From Candidatus Arthromitus sp. SFB-rat-Yit (GTDB lineage: Bacteria; Bacillota; Clostridia; Clostridiales; Clostridiaceae): a stretch of DNA of 32,000 bases. The notes under the pieces were generated by a model, which was not told the origin of the DNA, did no database searches, and saw nothing but the letters and a program-made list of their open reading frames with translations. The DNA is taken from NCBI RefSeq assembly GCF_000283555.1, contig NC_016012.1, positions 750,001 to 782,000 on the forward strand. Direction: 5' to 3'. Below are positions 8,006-17,102 of the stretch, in pieces; position 1 is the stretch's first letter; every line of letters starts with the position of its first letter. The position numbers and the translations under genes are program-made.

Positions 8006-11000
8006 TTATAATTTTACCTTAAATGTTTTAATTTCAAATGGCTTTATTTCAAATTCAAAAGTATCTTTATTTGGAACAATTGTTTCCAAATTGTTTTCTA
8101 GTAAATCACATTCATATACATCTTTTATATTTTTTGCAAGCTTTAAAGACGCATTAGTTCGTTTATTGTGGAATTCATATAATCTAATTATCAAGTGTTC
8201 TGAATCTTCTGCTTTTTTGATTACTTCAATTATTATATTTTCTTTATTTACCTTAGCTAAGCTTAAATTAATATCTAGCTCTCCATCGTGAGGATCACAT
8301 ACTTTTGCAAATAATTTTGTATTTAAATTATGTGCAAGTTGAACAGTTTTAGATTCTTTCCATGTTTTATCATGTGAATATATTGAATATGTGAAAAAAT
8401 GTTCTTCTTTATCAGCATCTGGATTAGGATCACATGTTGATTTTAATAGTGTAAGTCTAATATTTCCATTTTTAATATCATGTCCATATTTAGAATCATT
8501 TAATAAAGACACCCCAAAATCACCTTCAGATAAATCAGCCCATTTATGTCCACAAACTTCAAACGCTGCAAGTTCCCATGAAGTATTATTGTGTGTAGGT
8601 CTAGTTACATTTCCATATTGTATTTCATAAGTAGCTTCTTTTGTATTGATATCAACAGGGAATAAAACTTTTACAAGCACATCACTTTCTTTCCAATCAA
8701 CATAAGTTTCAAAGTCTATTCTTTCGATATCATTATAAATGTGAACGTTTTGAATAATAGTTGAATCTAAGAACTTTCTTTTAATCTTAAGAGTGCTTCT
8801 AACAGGTCCATTTTCTGTGATTTCAATATTTTGAACATCGTCAATTAACCACATTTTTTCTTTATAATAAATATCTATATCCCAGTTATCAAAACACATT
8901 GGTTTATCTTCAAAAGCTTGAAGTTGATTTCCAATACATCCATCTTTAAGTATCTCTCTATTTTGTAGTTTATTTATAAGTGAAATTATTTGTCCCTTAT
9001 CATCAAATTTAATTTTAAAGAATTTATTTTCAGCCAAATCATTTGTAAGAGTAAGATCTGTTTTAATTTTTACATCGCTTGCTTCAACAATTTTAAATGT
9101 TTTATATCCGTTAGCAGGTATATTTTTACCAAAGAATATGGCCTTGGAATCACCTATTAGTTGACAAACAACTTTATCTCCATTTTCATCAATTAATAAT
9201 GGATGTTTTATGTTATTCGGAACATCGAATTCTACAATATCATCTCTATCAAATCCTAAAGTATTAAATACAATGACACTTTGATCTTTTAAATTTACTT
9301 TATCTGAAATATCGTTAATTGTATTATCAATTGATTTATTAACTTTATCAAGCAATTCTCTATATTCAATTTGAGTTACATCATAAACATCTTTTATAGA
9401 TGATCCTGGAATTATATCATGGAATTGATTTAATAATATTGTCTCCCACGAATTATTTATTTCTTGTTGATCATAGTTTCCACCTAAAATCATGGATAGT
9501 GAACTAAGTTTTTCTAGAGACAAATAAAGATTTTCACATTTTCTATTATCTCTCTTATTTCTAGCCATAGATGTGTATGTTCCTCTATGATACTCAAGAT
9601 ACAATTCACCAACCCATTTTGGCAATTTTTTATGTTTTGAAATTTTATTTTCTAAGTTTTCAAAGAAATCTAAAGAAGTACCCATTTTAACTCGAGGAGC
9701 TCCTGGTATTCCCCTAGAGAGCCTTCTTCCGTTTTCTAGCATCTCAAGAGTAGCGCCACCGCCACCGTCTCCCCATCCAAATGAAATCAAAACATCGTTT
9801 GTTAGATTTTTATTTTGGAATCTTCTCCAACTTCCCATGATAGCATCTGGTTGAATATGTCCATTATAGGTAGTGAAAAATGAATCTCTATTTTGACCTG
9901 GACCTGACGTAGTTATAAAATAAGTGAGAATTTCACTTCCGTCTATTCCTTGCCACATAAACGTATCATTAGGAATTTTGTTAAACTGATTCCATGAAAT
10001 TTTAGTTGTCATAAAATATTTAATTCCAGATTTTTTTAGAATTTGTGGAATTGCTGCAGAGTATCCAAACACATCAGGAAGCCACAAAATTTTATTATCA
10101 ACTCCAAATTCTTCCTTAAAGAATCTTTTTCCATGAACAATTTGTCGTACTAACGATTCTCCAGAAGTTACGTTACAATCTGATTCAACCCACATAGCAC
10201 CTTCTGGTTCCCAAACTCCTTGTTTAATCTTATCTTTAACTTTTTCATACACCTTAGGATGATCTTCTTTAAGCATTTTATATAATTGAGGTTGGGATGA
10301 CATAAATACATACTCTGGATATTCTTCCATCAATTTAAGTACTGTTGAAAAACTTCTAGCAACCTTTTCTCTTGTTTGAGCTACTGTCCATAACCAAGCT
10401 ACATCTATGTGAGTATGACCAACACAAGTTGCTATAACATCTTCATGACCGCATAACTCTCCATAAAATTTATCTTCTAAAAATTCATTAGTTTTCTTTA
10501 TGCTTTCATTATATTCTTTTGAATAAGGTTTTCTTAAATCAATAATATTTATAGCATCATTTAATACTGTTATCATATCAATTCTGTTTTTATCTTCTTT
10601 GTCAAGTTCTTTACAAACATCAATAGGTACTTTTAAGTTCCAGTAAAGTTCTCTTGCATTCATATCGATAACAACAAATTTTCCGTTTAATGTTGCTTTT
10701 TTATCTGAAAGCATACCTGCATATGCATGCAAATCAATATCATATTTTTCTCCAGCTACAGCATTATGAGTTAATATAATTTCTCTATGATTTATATCAA
10801 CTCCTTGAATATGCTCACCATTAATATAAATTATAAATTGTGGATTCGTAGCATCCCAACCTTCGTCAAAAGTTGAGAGATTTAAAGCGATTGTTTGCCC
10901 ATTAAAATTTTCTGGAACAGTAACACTGAATTTAAACCATCCATGACAATCTCGTCCTCCCCACAAATCTCCACTTTTAAACTCTACCCATTTATCTTCA

Positions 11001-11137
11001 CTGACTTCTTTTATCAAATCAATATTGTGGTAATTTCCATCAACATACATAAAAGTATCAATATTAATTATATTCTTATATATATGTTTTTGAATTTCTC
11101 TACAAATTTTATCAATTCTTTCTAATAAATAAGTCAT
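8006..11137 (-). CDS. Cytoplasmic alpha-mannosidase, GH38
   Basis: GH38 metal-site motif CVGHTHIDVAWLWT. About 1040 aa with no signal peptide. Start moved from the TTG at 11146 (1 nt after the SD) to ATG 11137, 10 nt after GAGGAG. Confidence 0.93.
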   Translation of the reverse strand: MTYLLERIDKICREIQKHIYKNIINIDTFMYVDGNYHNIDLIKEVSEDKWVEFKSGDLWGGRDCHGWFKFSVTVPENFNGQTIALNLSTFDEGWDATNPQFIIYINGEHIQGVDINHREIILTHNAVAGEKYDIDLHAYAGMLSDKKATLNGKFVVIDMNARELYWNLKVPIDVCKELDKEDKNRIDMITVLNDAINIIDLRKPYSKEYNESIKKTNEFLEDKFYGELCGHEDVIATCVGHTHIDVAWLWTVAQTREKVARSFSTVLKLMEEYPEYVFMSSQPQLYKMLKEDHPKVYEKVKDKIKQGVWEPEGAMWVESDCNVTSGESLVRQIVHGKRFFKEEFGVDNKILWLPDVFGYSAAIPQILKKSGIKYFMTTKISWNQFNKIPNDTFMWQGIDGSEILTYFITTSGPGQNRDSFFTTYNGHIQPDAIMGSWRRFQNKNLTNDVLISFGWGDGGGGATLEMLENGRRLSRGIPGAPRVKMGTSLDFFENLENKISKHKKLPKWVGELYLEYHRGTYTSMARNKRDNRKCENLYLSLEKLSSLSMILGGNYDQQEINNSWETILLNQFHDIIPGSSIKDVYDVTQIEYRELLDKVNKSIDNTINDISDKVNLKDQSVIVFNTLGFDRDDIVEFDVPNNIKHPLLIDENGDKVVCQLIGDSKAIFFGKNIPANGYKTFKIVEASDVKIKTDLTLTNDLAENKFFKIKFDDKGQIISLINKLQNREILKDGCIGNQLQAFEDKPMCFDNWDIDIYYKEKMWLIDDVQNIEITENGPVRSTLKIKRKFLDSTIIQNVHIYNDIERIDFETYVDWKESDVLVKVLFPVDINTKEATYEIQYGNVTRPTHNNTSWELAAFEVCGHKWADLSEGDFGVSLLNDSKYGHDIKNGNIRLTLLKSTCDPNPDADKEEHFFTYSIYSHDKTWKESKTVQLAHNLNTKLFAKVCDPHDGELDINLSLAKVNKENIIIEVIKKAEDSEHLIIRLYEFHNKRTNASLKLAKNIKDVYECDLLENNLETIVPNKDTFEFEIKPFEIKTFKVKL

Positions 11138-11158
11138 TTTAAACAATCTCCTCTTTTA

Positions 11159-12106
11159 TTACTCTTTTACGGCTCCAACAGTGAGTCCGCTTACAAAATA
11201 TTTTTGAAAAAATGGATACGCACATATTACTGGCAATGTTGATATTACAACAATAGCCATTTTTATTGTATCTTTTGGTAATTTTGACGCTTGTTCAACG
11301 GCAGTTATACCAAGACTAGAGGAATTATTAGTTAAAAACTCTATAGATTTTTCTAATTTTACAAGCAAATATTGAAGTGGCATCAAACTATTATTATCTA
11401 TATAAAGCATGGCATTAAACCAATCATTCCAAAAACCTAAAGTTAAAAATAATGCTATTGTTGTTATTGCTGGAAGTGATATTGGTAAAACTATCTTTAA
11501 AAATAAGAACCATTCAGATGCTCCATCAATTTTTGCAGATTCAATGATTGCATCTGGAACAGTGGTTTTAAAGAATGTTCTTAGAATTATAATATGGAAA
11601 GAACTAACGCAAAGAGGTAAAATAAGTGCTAGCAAATTATTTTTCAACCCCAAAAATCTAGTAACAACTAAATATGATGCTACCATACCTCCTGAAAACA
11701 ACATAGGTATAAATATAAGCTTTGTGAAAAAATTCCTGTAAGCAAAATTTTTGCGTGATAAAGCATATGCATATGTTGTCATTATTACTAACCCAAGAAA
11801 AGTACCTGTTACTGTAACAAGTATCGTAATTCCATACGCATTTAAAATATTGCTTCCTGATGTAAAAATATATTTGTAAGCATCAAGACTCCATTCAGAA
11901 GGCCAAAATTGATAACCATTTAATTGAAGTGATTGTTCACTCGTAAATGAAATAATAACAACAAATATAAATGGAATGATACACAGTGCGGATAATATTA
12001 TAAATAACAAATTGAACGTAAAATTAGTTTTTCGAGATATAGCATTAAATTTCATAACCTTTTCTTCTGGCTGTGGTGCCTTTTTATTTTTTGATACTCT
12101 ACTCAT
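11159..12106 (-). CDS. ABC sugar permease, MalG/LplC-like (CUT1)
   Basis: Six predicted TM segments. EAA-type loop AKIDGASEWFLFLKIVLPISLP. Start at ATG 12106 (MSRVSKNKK), 9 nt after AGAGGTG; the ORF-track GTG lies inside the SD. Confidence 0.9.
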   Translation of the reverse strand: MSRVSKNKKAPQPEEKVMKFNAISRKTNFTFNLLFIILSALCIIPFIFVVIISFTSEQSLQLNGYQFWPSEWSLDAYKYIFTSGSNILNAYGITILVTVTGTFLGLVIMTTYAYALSRKNFAYRNFFTKLIFIPMLFSGGMVASYLVVTRFLGLKNNLLALILPLCVSSFHIIILRTFFKTTVPDAIIESAKIDGASEWFLFLKIVLPISLPAITTIALFLTLGFWNDWFNAMLYIDNNSLMPLQYLLVKLEKSIEFLTNNSSSLGITAVEQASKLPKDTIKMAIVVISTLPVICAYPFFQKYFVSGLTVGAVKE

Positions 12107-12126
12107 AAATCCAATCACCTCTTTTA

Positions 12127-13104
12127 TTAAAAGAATGCATTTTCTTTATCAACCTTTCTAACTATTCCATTTGTAACTAAAATAAGAATTAGTCCAACAA
12201 AAGATTGGTATAAAGCGGCAGCAGAACTCATACCGATATCCCCTAGGTTAATAAGTCCTCTGTAGACATAAGTATCAATAACATTTGTAACAGAATATAA
12301 TGCTCCAGAATCTTTTGGAAGTTGATAAAACAATCCAAAATCAGCTCTAAATATTCCACCAACAGCTGTTATGAACATAATTATTAAAACAGGTTTTAAT
12401 AAAGGTAAAGTAATATACTTTATTTGTTGAAATTTGTTTGCACCATCTATCATAGCAGCTTCAAAATACGATTTATCTATACCACAAATAGAAGCTAAAT
12501 AAACAACTGTTCCATAACCAACACCTTTCCACTGACTCATAAAGATAATTATAAAAACCCAATATTTCGGTTCTGTATACCAAGATATCCGATCTCCACC
12601 TAAAGAAGTAATTATACTGTTTAAATATCCTTTATCTGGACTCAAAAAAGTATATAAACAATAACTTACTACTACCCAAGACAGAAAGTATGGAAGAAAC
12701 ATTGCGCTCTGATAAAATTTTGATAACTTTTTATTTAATAGTTCTTTTAAAAGAATTGCAAGTGTTACAGGAACAACTATACCTAAAATTATAAAAGCCA
12801 TATTGTAAAGAATGGTATTCTTTGTAATGAGCCATGCATCACTGCTTCCAAATAAAAATTTAAAATTCTGTAATCCAACCCATTCACTTTTAATTAAACT
12901 CTCTAAAAATCCTCCATGAATTCTCCAATTTTTAAAAGCTAAAATTATACCGAACATAGGTAAATACGCAAAAACCAAGAACCAAAGTGTACCCGGAATT
13001 GTAAGAAATAAAAGCTCTTTATTCTCTCTGAAAGTTTTAAGTTTAGATTTCTTTTTAACTTTATTAGAATTCTTAACCCTAGACAAACAACTCAACCCCT
13101 TCAT
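12127..13104 (-). CDS. ABC sugar permease, MalF/LplB-like (CUT1)
   Basis: Multi-TM protein with loop AAMIDGANKFQQIKYITLPLLKP. The exact start is uncertain: no clear SD precedes ATG 13104, and an in-frame TTG six codons downstream follows AAGGGG. Confidence 0.88.
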   Translation of the reverse strand: MKGLSCLSRVKNSNKVKKKSKLKTFRENKELLFLTIPGTLWFLVFAYLPMFGIILAFKNWRIHGGFLESLIKSEWVGLQNFKFLFGSSDAWLITKNTILYNMAFIILGIVVPVTLAILLKELLNKKLSKFYQSAMFLPYFLSWVVVSYCLYTFLSPDKGYLNSIITSLGGDRISWYTEPKYWVFIIIFMSQWKGVGYGTVVYLASICGIDKSYFEAAMIDGANKFQQIKYITLPLLKPVLIIMFITAVGGIFRADFGLFYQLPKDSGALYSVTNVIDTYVYRGLINLGDIGMSSAAALYQSFVGLILILVTNGIVRKVDKENAFF

Positions 13105-13211
13105 ATATATTTGTGTATATCTTTTAACCGAACAATTAAACTATAACATATAACAATCATTGCTTTGAGTTTAAAAATTTTAGATTTAGTGAACAAATTA
13201 AGGATTCAAAA

Positions 13212-13250
13212 AAAGTCTTTATATTTTTATAAAATAAATATAAAGACTTT
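13212..13250 (-). terminator. Terminator of the response-regulator gene
   Basis: Perfect 15-bp arms AAAGTCTTTATATTT (13212-13226) / AAATATAAAGACTTT (13236-13250) with a 9-nt loop. The U-run continues on the minus strand. Begins 5 nt after the stop at 13255. Confidence 0.75.
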
Positions 13251-13254
13251 AATT

Positions 13255-14781
13255 TTAATATTTTTTCATATTTCTCAAAGTTGATGGACATACACCAAAA
13301 TACTTTTTAAATTTTCTATAAAAATAACTTGTATCTATATATCCAACAGATTTTGCAATATCATTAATCTTCATATTTGTATTTAATATGAGATCCTTTG
13401 CTTTGTTATTTTTTATCTTGTTTAAATATTCAGAAAATGAAACACCAACTTCTTTAGTAAATATTTGTCCTAAATAAGAACTATTTATATTGTATTTTTG
13501 TGCAAGTGTTTTCAAACTTAACTCCTCATTGTAATTTTTATTTATAACATTAATAACTTGTCTAATTATAGGGCTGTAACAAATATCAGCATTAACCATA
13601 AGATTAATAAGTTCTCTAAGTTCATATATAACAAATTTTTTGATATTTTCTTTGTTGTTCTCATTACAAAGTTCCAATATTATATTGCTTAAACTATCAT
13701 CTTCATATTTATCATTTATTTTTTCAAGTTTAAATTCTTCAAGTATGTTATGTATTAAAAATATGATTTTTATGCAAAAATCGTAAATATTTTTAGGTGT
13801 TAGTTCATTATTATCAAAAATATCTTCAATATAATTTTTAAGTTCGTAAAAATTGCGTTTTATTATCAATTTGTTTATAGTCTCAAGTTCTTTTGTAAAT
13901 GTAATGGTATTATTAACATACTTTAATGAGTGCCTATCCAAGCATATATTTTTCCCCTCTGTAAGCATGTATTTATTTAAAGCCATAGCTATATTATAAG
14001 TAAATTCAATTTCATCAATGCTATCTGTTAAATCACCTATTGATATAAAAATATCTTGTTTAAGAGTTCCTATTATTTTGTTTTTAAGTTTTTCATAGAA
14101 ATTCTTTACCTTTGAATATTTAATGTCTTTTTCCCACGAATTTATTAAAATTATCTGCCCATCATATCTATGTAAAATTTCATATCCTTCTATGAAGATT
14201 TCTTTAAATATAGCTTCTATAAAAATAGTTAAATCATTTTTGTTCTTATTTATAAATGTTATGATTGCAACTGTGTAGTTTCTATTTTCAAGAGGAAAAC
14301 CTAAATAATTTTTTATTTTTACCAATTCTTTTTTATAAATATTTCCATTTATATATTGAAAAAGAATTCTATTTTTAGTTAATATCTTGTTTTCAATATC
14401 CCTATCATTATTTATATCTATAATTATTTTCTCTAAGGTAAGCTTAAGTTCAGTTTTATCTATAGGTTTTAAAATATAATTATCAGCACCGTATTTCAAA
14501 GCTTCTTTTACATAAGAAAATTTATCGTATCCACTGATGATAACAAATCTTGTTTTATTGTTAATAGATTTAATATGTTTAAGTAATTCAAGTCCATTTA
14601 AATATGGTATATTGATATCACTAATAATGATATCAACTGGATCTTCTATAAATTTTTTAATAGCATCATTTCTGTTATTCGATATTTTTGTGATTTTAAG
14701 TCCAAGCTCATTCCAATTTAATATCTCTATTAAATCTTTAATTATTAAATTTTCATCATAAACCAACATAACTTTATTCAT
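13255..14781 (-). CDS. Two-component response regulator with C-terminal AraC/XylS HTH (YesN-like); no cognate kinase adjacent
   Basis: REC domain with acidic pair (VYDEN), phospho-acceptor Asp (IIISDINIPYLNG), Ser (VIISGY) and Lys (ILKPI). AraC HTH at the C-terminus (SSYLGQIFTKEVGVSFSEYL...IAKSVGYIDTSYFYRKFKKYFG). Start moved to ATG 14781 (MNKVMLVYDEN), 12 nt after AAAGGTG; the ORF-track start 14838 adds 19 unlikely residues. Confidence 0.88.
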   Translation of the reverse strand: MNKVMLVYDENLIIKDLIEILNWNELGLKITKISNNRNDAIKKFIEDPVDIIISDINIPYLNGLELLKHIKSINNKTRFVIISGYDKFSYVKEALKYGADNYILKPIDKTELKLTLEKIIIDINNDRDIENKILTKNRILFQYINGNIYKKELVKIKNYLGFPLENRNYTVAIITFINKNKNDLTIFIEAIFKEIFIEGYEILHRYDGQIILINSWEKDIKYSKVKNFYEKLKNKIIGTLKQDIFISIGDLTDSIDEIEFTYNIAMALNKYMLTEGKNICLDRHSLKYVNNTITFTKELETINKLIIKRNFYELKNYIEDIFDNNELTPKNIYDFCIKIIFLIHNILEEFKLEKINDKYEDDSLSNIILELCNENNKENIKKFVIYELRELINLMVNADICYSPIIRQVINVINKNYNEELSLKTLAQKYNINSSYLGQIFTKEVGVSFSEYLNKIKNNKAKDLILNTNMKINDIAKSVGYIDTSYFYRKFKKYFGVCPSTLRNMKKY

Positions 14782-15028
14782 AATAAATCTACACACCTTT
14801 ACATGGTATTTTATACTAATAATTTTTACCATTATCATTTGTCATTAGAGATACACTATATCTTTAATCAACTTTTGATAGAATACTTTTTTCTCAAGTC
14901 CAATTATATCCATTAAACTATTATTATATATTTTATTTTGAATTTTATTATTTATTAATAAGTAATATGGGATAAATTAATTTTTAATGGACTTATTATA
15001 TAATTTCAATTAAATTATACAGTAATGT

Positions 15029-15057
15029 TTGAAAATGTAAACCTTTTAAATTATATT
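15029..15057 (+). promoter_or_regulatory. Candidate sigmaA promoter for yesL-like and GH125 genes
   Basis: TTGAAA (15029-15034), 17-nt spacer, TATATT (15052-15057). Lies 37 nt upstream of the ATG at 15095, which has GGAGG 6 nt upstream. Confidence 0.5.
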
Positions 15058-15094
15058 ATTATTAGTTTAATAGAAAACTTTTTGGAGGCGATGT

Positions 15095-15778
15095 ATGTTA
15101 AACGAAATTTTTAATTTTGAAAAATTATTTGATACTTTTAATTATGTATTTTGGTTTTTCATACTTAATCTTCTATTTTGGATATTTAATATTCCAATTA
15201 TACTATTTTTTGTATTTATAGGAATCGGTGGAATAACCACATATTTTCCATTATTTTTAGTATGTTTATTGCCAACTGCTCCAATGTTTACAGTGATACT
15301 ATATTGTGTAAATAAAATTTATAAGAATAAAACTATTTCTCTAGTAGCTGATTTTATAAGGGGAGTTAAATTAAATTTTGTGCAAGCATTAGTTATGTGG
15401 GCGATTGAACTGATAATTATATTTATTCTTTATTCAAATATTAAATTTTTCACAATTATATTTAAAAGTTTAATATTAAATGGAATATTTGTGGGTATTT
15501 TAATTTTACTTGCTATTATCACACCGTTTTTATTTTTAATCATTAGTAGATTCTCAATGAAAAATATTGAAGTGTTAAGACTTAGTTTTACTTTAACATT
15601 TACAAGGCCTATTTTAACTATAACAAATATACTTCTAATACTTGTGTTTTTGATTTTATTTGAAATTAATAGTGCAATTTTATTATTTGTTTCATCTATA
15701 TTTGCTTTTTGTTTAGTTTTTGTAAATAGGACTGTATTCAAAGAACTTGAAGATATATCAAAAAGAAATAATGAGTAA
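15095..15778 (+). CDS. YesL-like (DUF624-type) integral membrane protein
   Basis: 227 aa with several TM segments. The N-terminal pattern F..FNYVFWFFILNLLFWIFNIPIIL is typical of YesL-like proteins found in Firmicute carbohydrate loci. Strong SD. Confidence 0.75.
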   Translation: MLNEIFNFEKLFDTFNYVFWFFILNLLFWIFNIPIILFFVFIGIGGITTYFPLFLVCLLPTAPMFTVILYCVNKIYKNKTISLVADFIRGVKLNFVQALVMWAIELIIIFILYSNIKFFTIIFKSLILNGIFVGILILLAIITPFLFLIISRFSMKNIEVLRLSFTLTFTRPILTITNILLILVFLILFEINSAILLFVSSIFAFCLVFVNRTVFKELEDISKRNNE

Positions 15779-15793
15779 GAAAGGATGTTTATT

Positions 15794-17086
15794 GTGAGTA
15801 CAAAACAAAATTTAAATACATTAAAAGATGTTATTAAAAAAATAGCAACCGACTTATATAACAATATTCATAATGAAAAACTTAAAAAAATGTTTTACAA
15901 CTGTTTTATAAATACTATTGAAACCACGATGAGTTTCGAAGAAAATGACACATTTGTAATTACTGGAGATATTCCAGCGATGTGGCTTAGAGATTCAACT
16001 TCTCAAGTAGAACATTATTTGCCTTTTATAAAAAAGTATCCTGAACTAAAAGATATATTTGTTGGATTAATTAATAGGCAGGTTAAATGTATTTTAATTG
16101 ATCCTTATGCAAATGCATTCAACAAGGAGCCAAATGGAAACAAATGGGATAATGATATCACTGAAGATAGTCCTTGGGTGTGGGAAAGAAAATATGAAAT
16201 AGATTCACTTTGCTTTCCAATAAGACTTATGTATAAATATTGGAAGGAATCATCTGATTCTAGTTTCTTTAACGACGATATTTTAAAAGTTTTTAAAATG
16301 ATAATTGATCTTTGGAAAACTGAGCAATATCATTTCGAGAAATCAAAATATAGTTTCCAAAGATTGAACTGTGCTGAAAGTGATACTTTGTCTAATAATG
16401 GACTTGGAAATCCTGTTACTTATACTGGTATGACTTGGTCAGGATTTAGACCTAGTGATGATTCTTGTAAATATGGATATCTTGTTCCATCCAATATGTT
16501 TTGTGTTGTTGTGCTATCTTATATAGCAGAGATAGCTTCTGAAATTTATTTTGATAACGATTTGAGTGAGATCGCTCTTACTCTTAGAGATGAAATTGAG
16601 AATGGTATAAATAAGTTTGCAATTATTGAACATGAAAATTTCGGGAAAATATACGCGTATGAAGTTGATGGATTTGGAAATTTTAATTTGATGGATGATG
16701 CAAATGTTCCAAGTTTACTTTCTATACCATACATTGGATATAAAAATTTTAATGATGAAATTTACCAAAATACAAGAAATTTTATTTTAAGTAAAAACAA
16801 TCCTTATTATTACGAAGGATCTTTTGCATCAGGAATTGGAAGCCCTCATACTCCAGAAAATTATATATGGCACATAGCTTTATGTATACAAGGAATTACG
16901 AGCGAGAATAAAGATGAGATTGAAAAATTAATAAATATACTTGTCGATTGTGATGGCGACACTAATTATATGCATGAAGGATTTAATAAAGATAATCCAA
17001 AAGAATTTACTCGTGATTGGTTTGCTTGGGCAAATTCACTTTTTGCAGATTTTATCTATAAAAAACTAATAAAAGAGCAATCATAA
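15794..17086 (+). CDS. Cytoplasmic exo-alpha-1,6-mannosidase, GH125
   Basis: GH125 signature [21 protein letters not shown] and an (alpha/alpha)6-type length (~430 aa); no signal peptide. The likely start is GTG 15794, 8 nt after AAAGGA. The ORF-track ATG 15785 overlaps the SD, so the start remains uncertain by 3 codons. Confidence 0.9.
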   Translation: MSTKQNLNTLKDVIKKIATDLYNNIHNEKLKKMFYNCFINTIETTMSFEENDTFVITGDIPAMWLRDSTSQVEHYLPFIKKYPELKDIFVGLINRQVKCILIDPYANAFNKEPNGNKWDNDITEDSPWVWERKYEIDSLCFPIRLMYKYWKESSDSSFFNDDILKVFKMIIDLWKTEQYHFEKSKYSFQRLNCAESDTLSNNGLGNPVTYTGMTWSGFRPSDDSCKYGYLVPSNMFCVVVLSYIAEIASEIYFDNDLSEIALTLRDEIENGINKFAIIEHENFGKIYAYEVDGFGNFNLMDDANVPSLLSIPYIGYKNFNDEIYQNTRNFILSKNNPYYYEGSFASGIGSPHTPENYIWHIALCIQGITSENKDEIEKLINILVDCDGDTNYMHEGFNKDNPKEFTRDWFAWANSLFADFIYKKLIKEQS

Positions 17087-17102
17087 TTATGATTGCTCTT
17101 TT
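17072..17102. terminator. Bidirectional terminator between the convergent GH125 and GH31 genes
   Basis: Palindrome AAAGAGCAATCATAA (17072-17086) / TTATGATTGCTCTTT (17088-17102), with T-runs on both strands. It overlaps both stop codons. Confidence 0.8.

Noticed and set aside
14917-15010. Repeated TTATTATATA-type motifs in the regulator/yesL intergenic region as AraC-type binding sites
   Set aside because: The motifs are short, AT-only and imperfect, which is expected by chance in this composition. They cannot be supported without comparative or footprint data.
15030-15043. cre-like TGAAAATGTAAACC in the yesL/GH125 promoter
   Set aside because: It lacks the central CG of the CcpA operator and its terminal half-site is poor. 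It coincides with the -35 element and spacer, so the resemblance is probably due to AT-rich promoter sequence.
15430-15864. 144-aa minus-strand ORF spanning the yesL-like / GH125 junction
   Set aside because: It is antisense to the YesL-like membrane protein and to the GH125 start. It has no SD or promoter, and its I/K/N/F-rich sequence has no motif. The + strand genes have strong SDs and a promoter.
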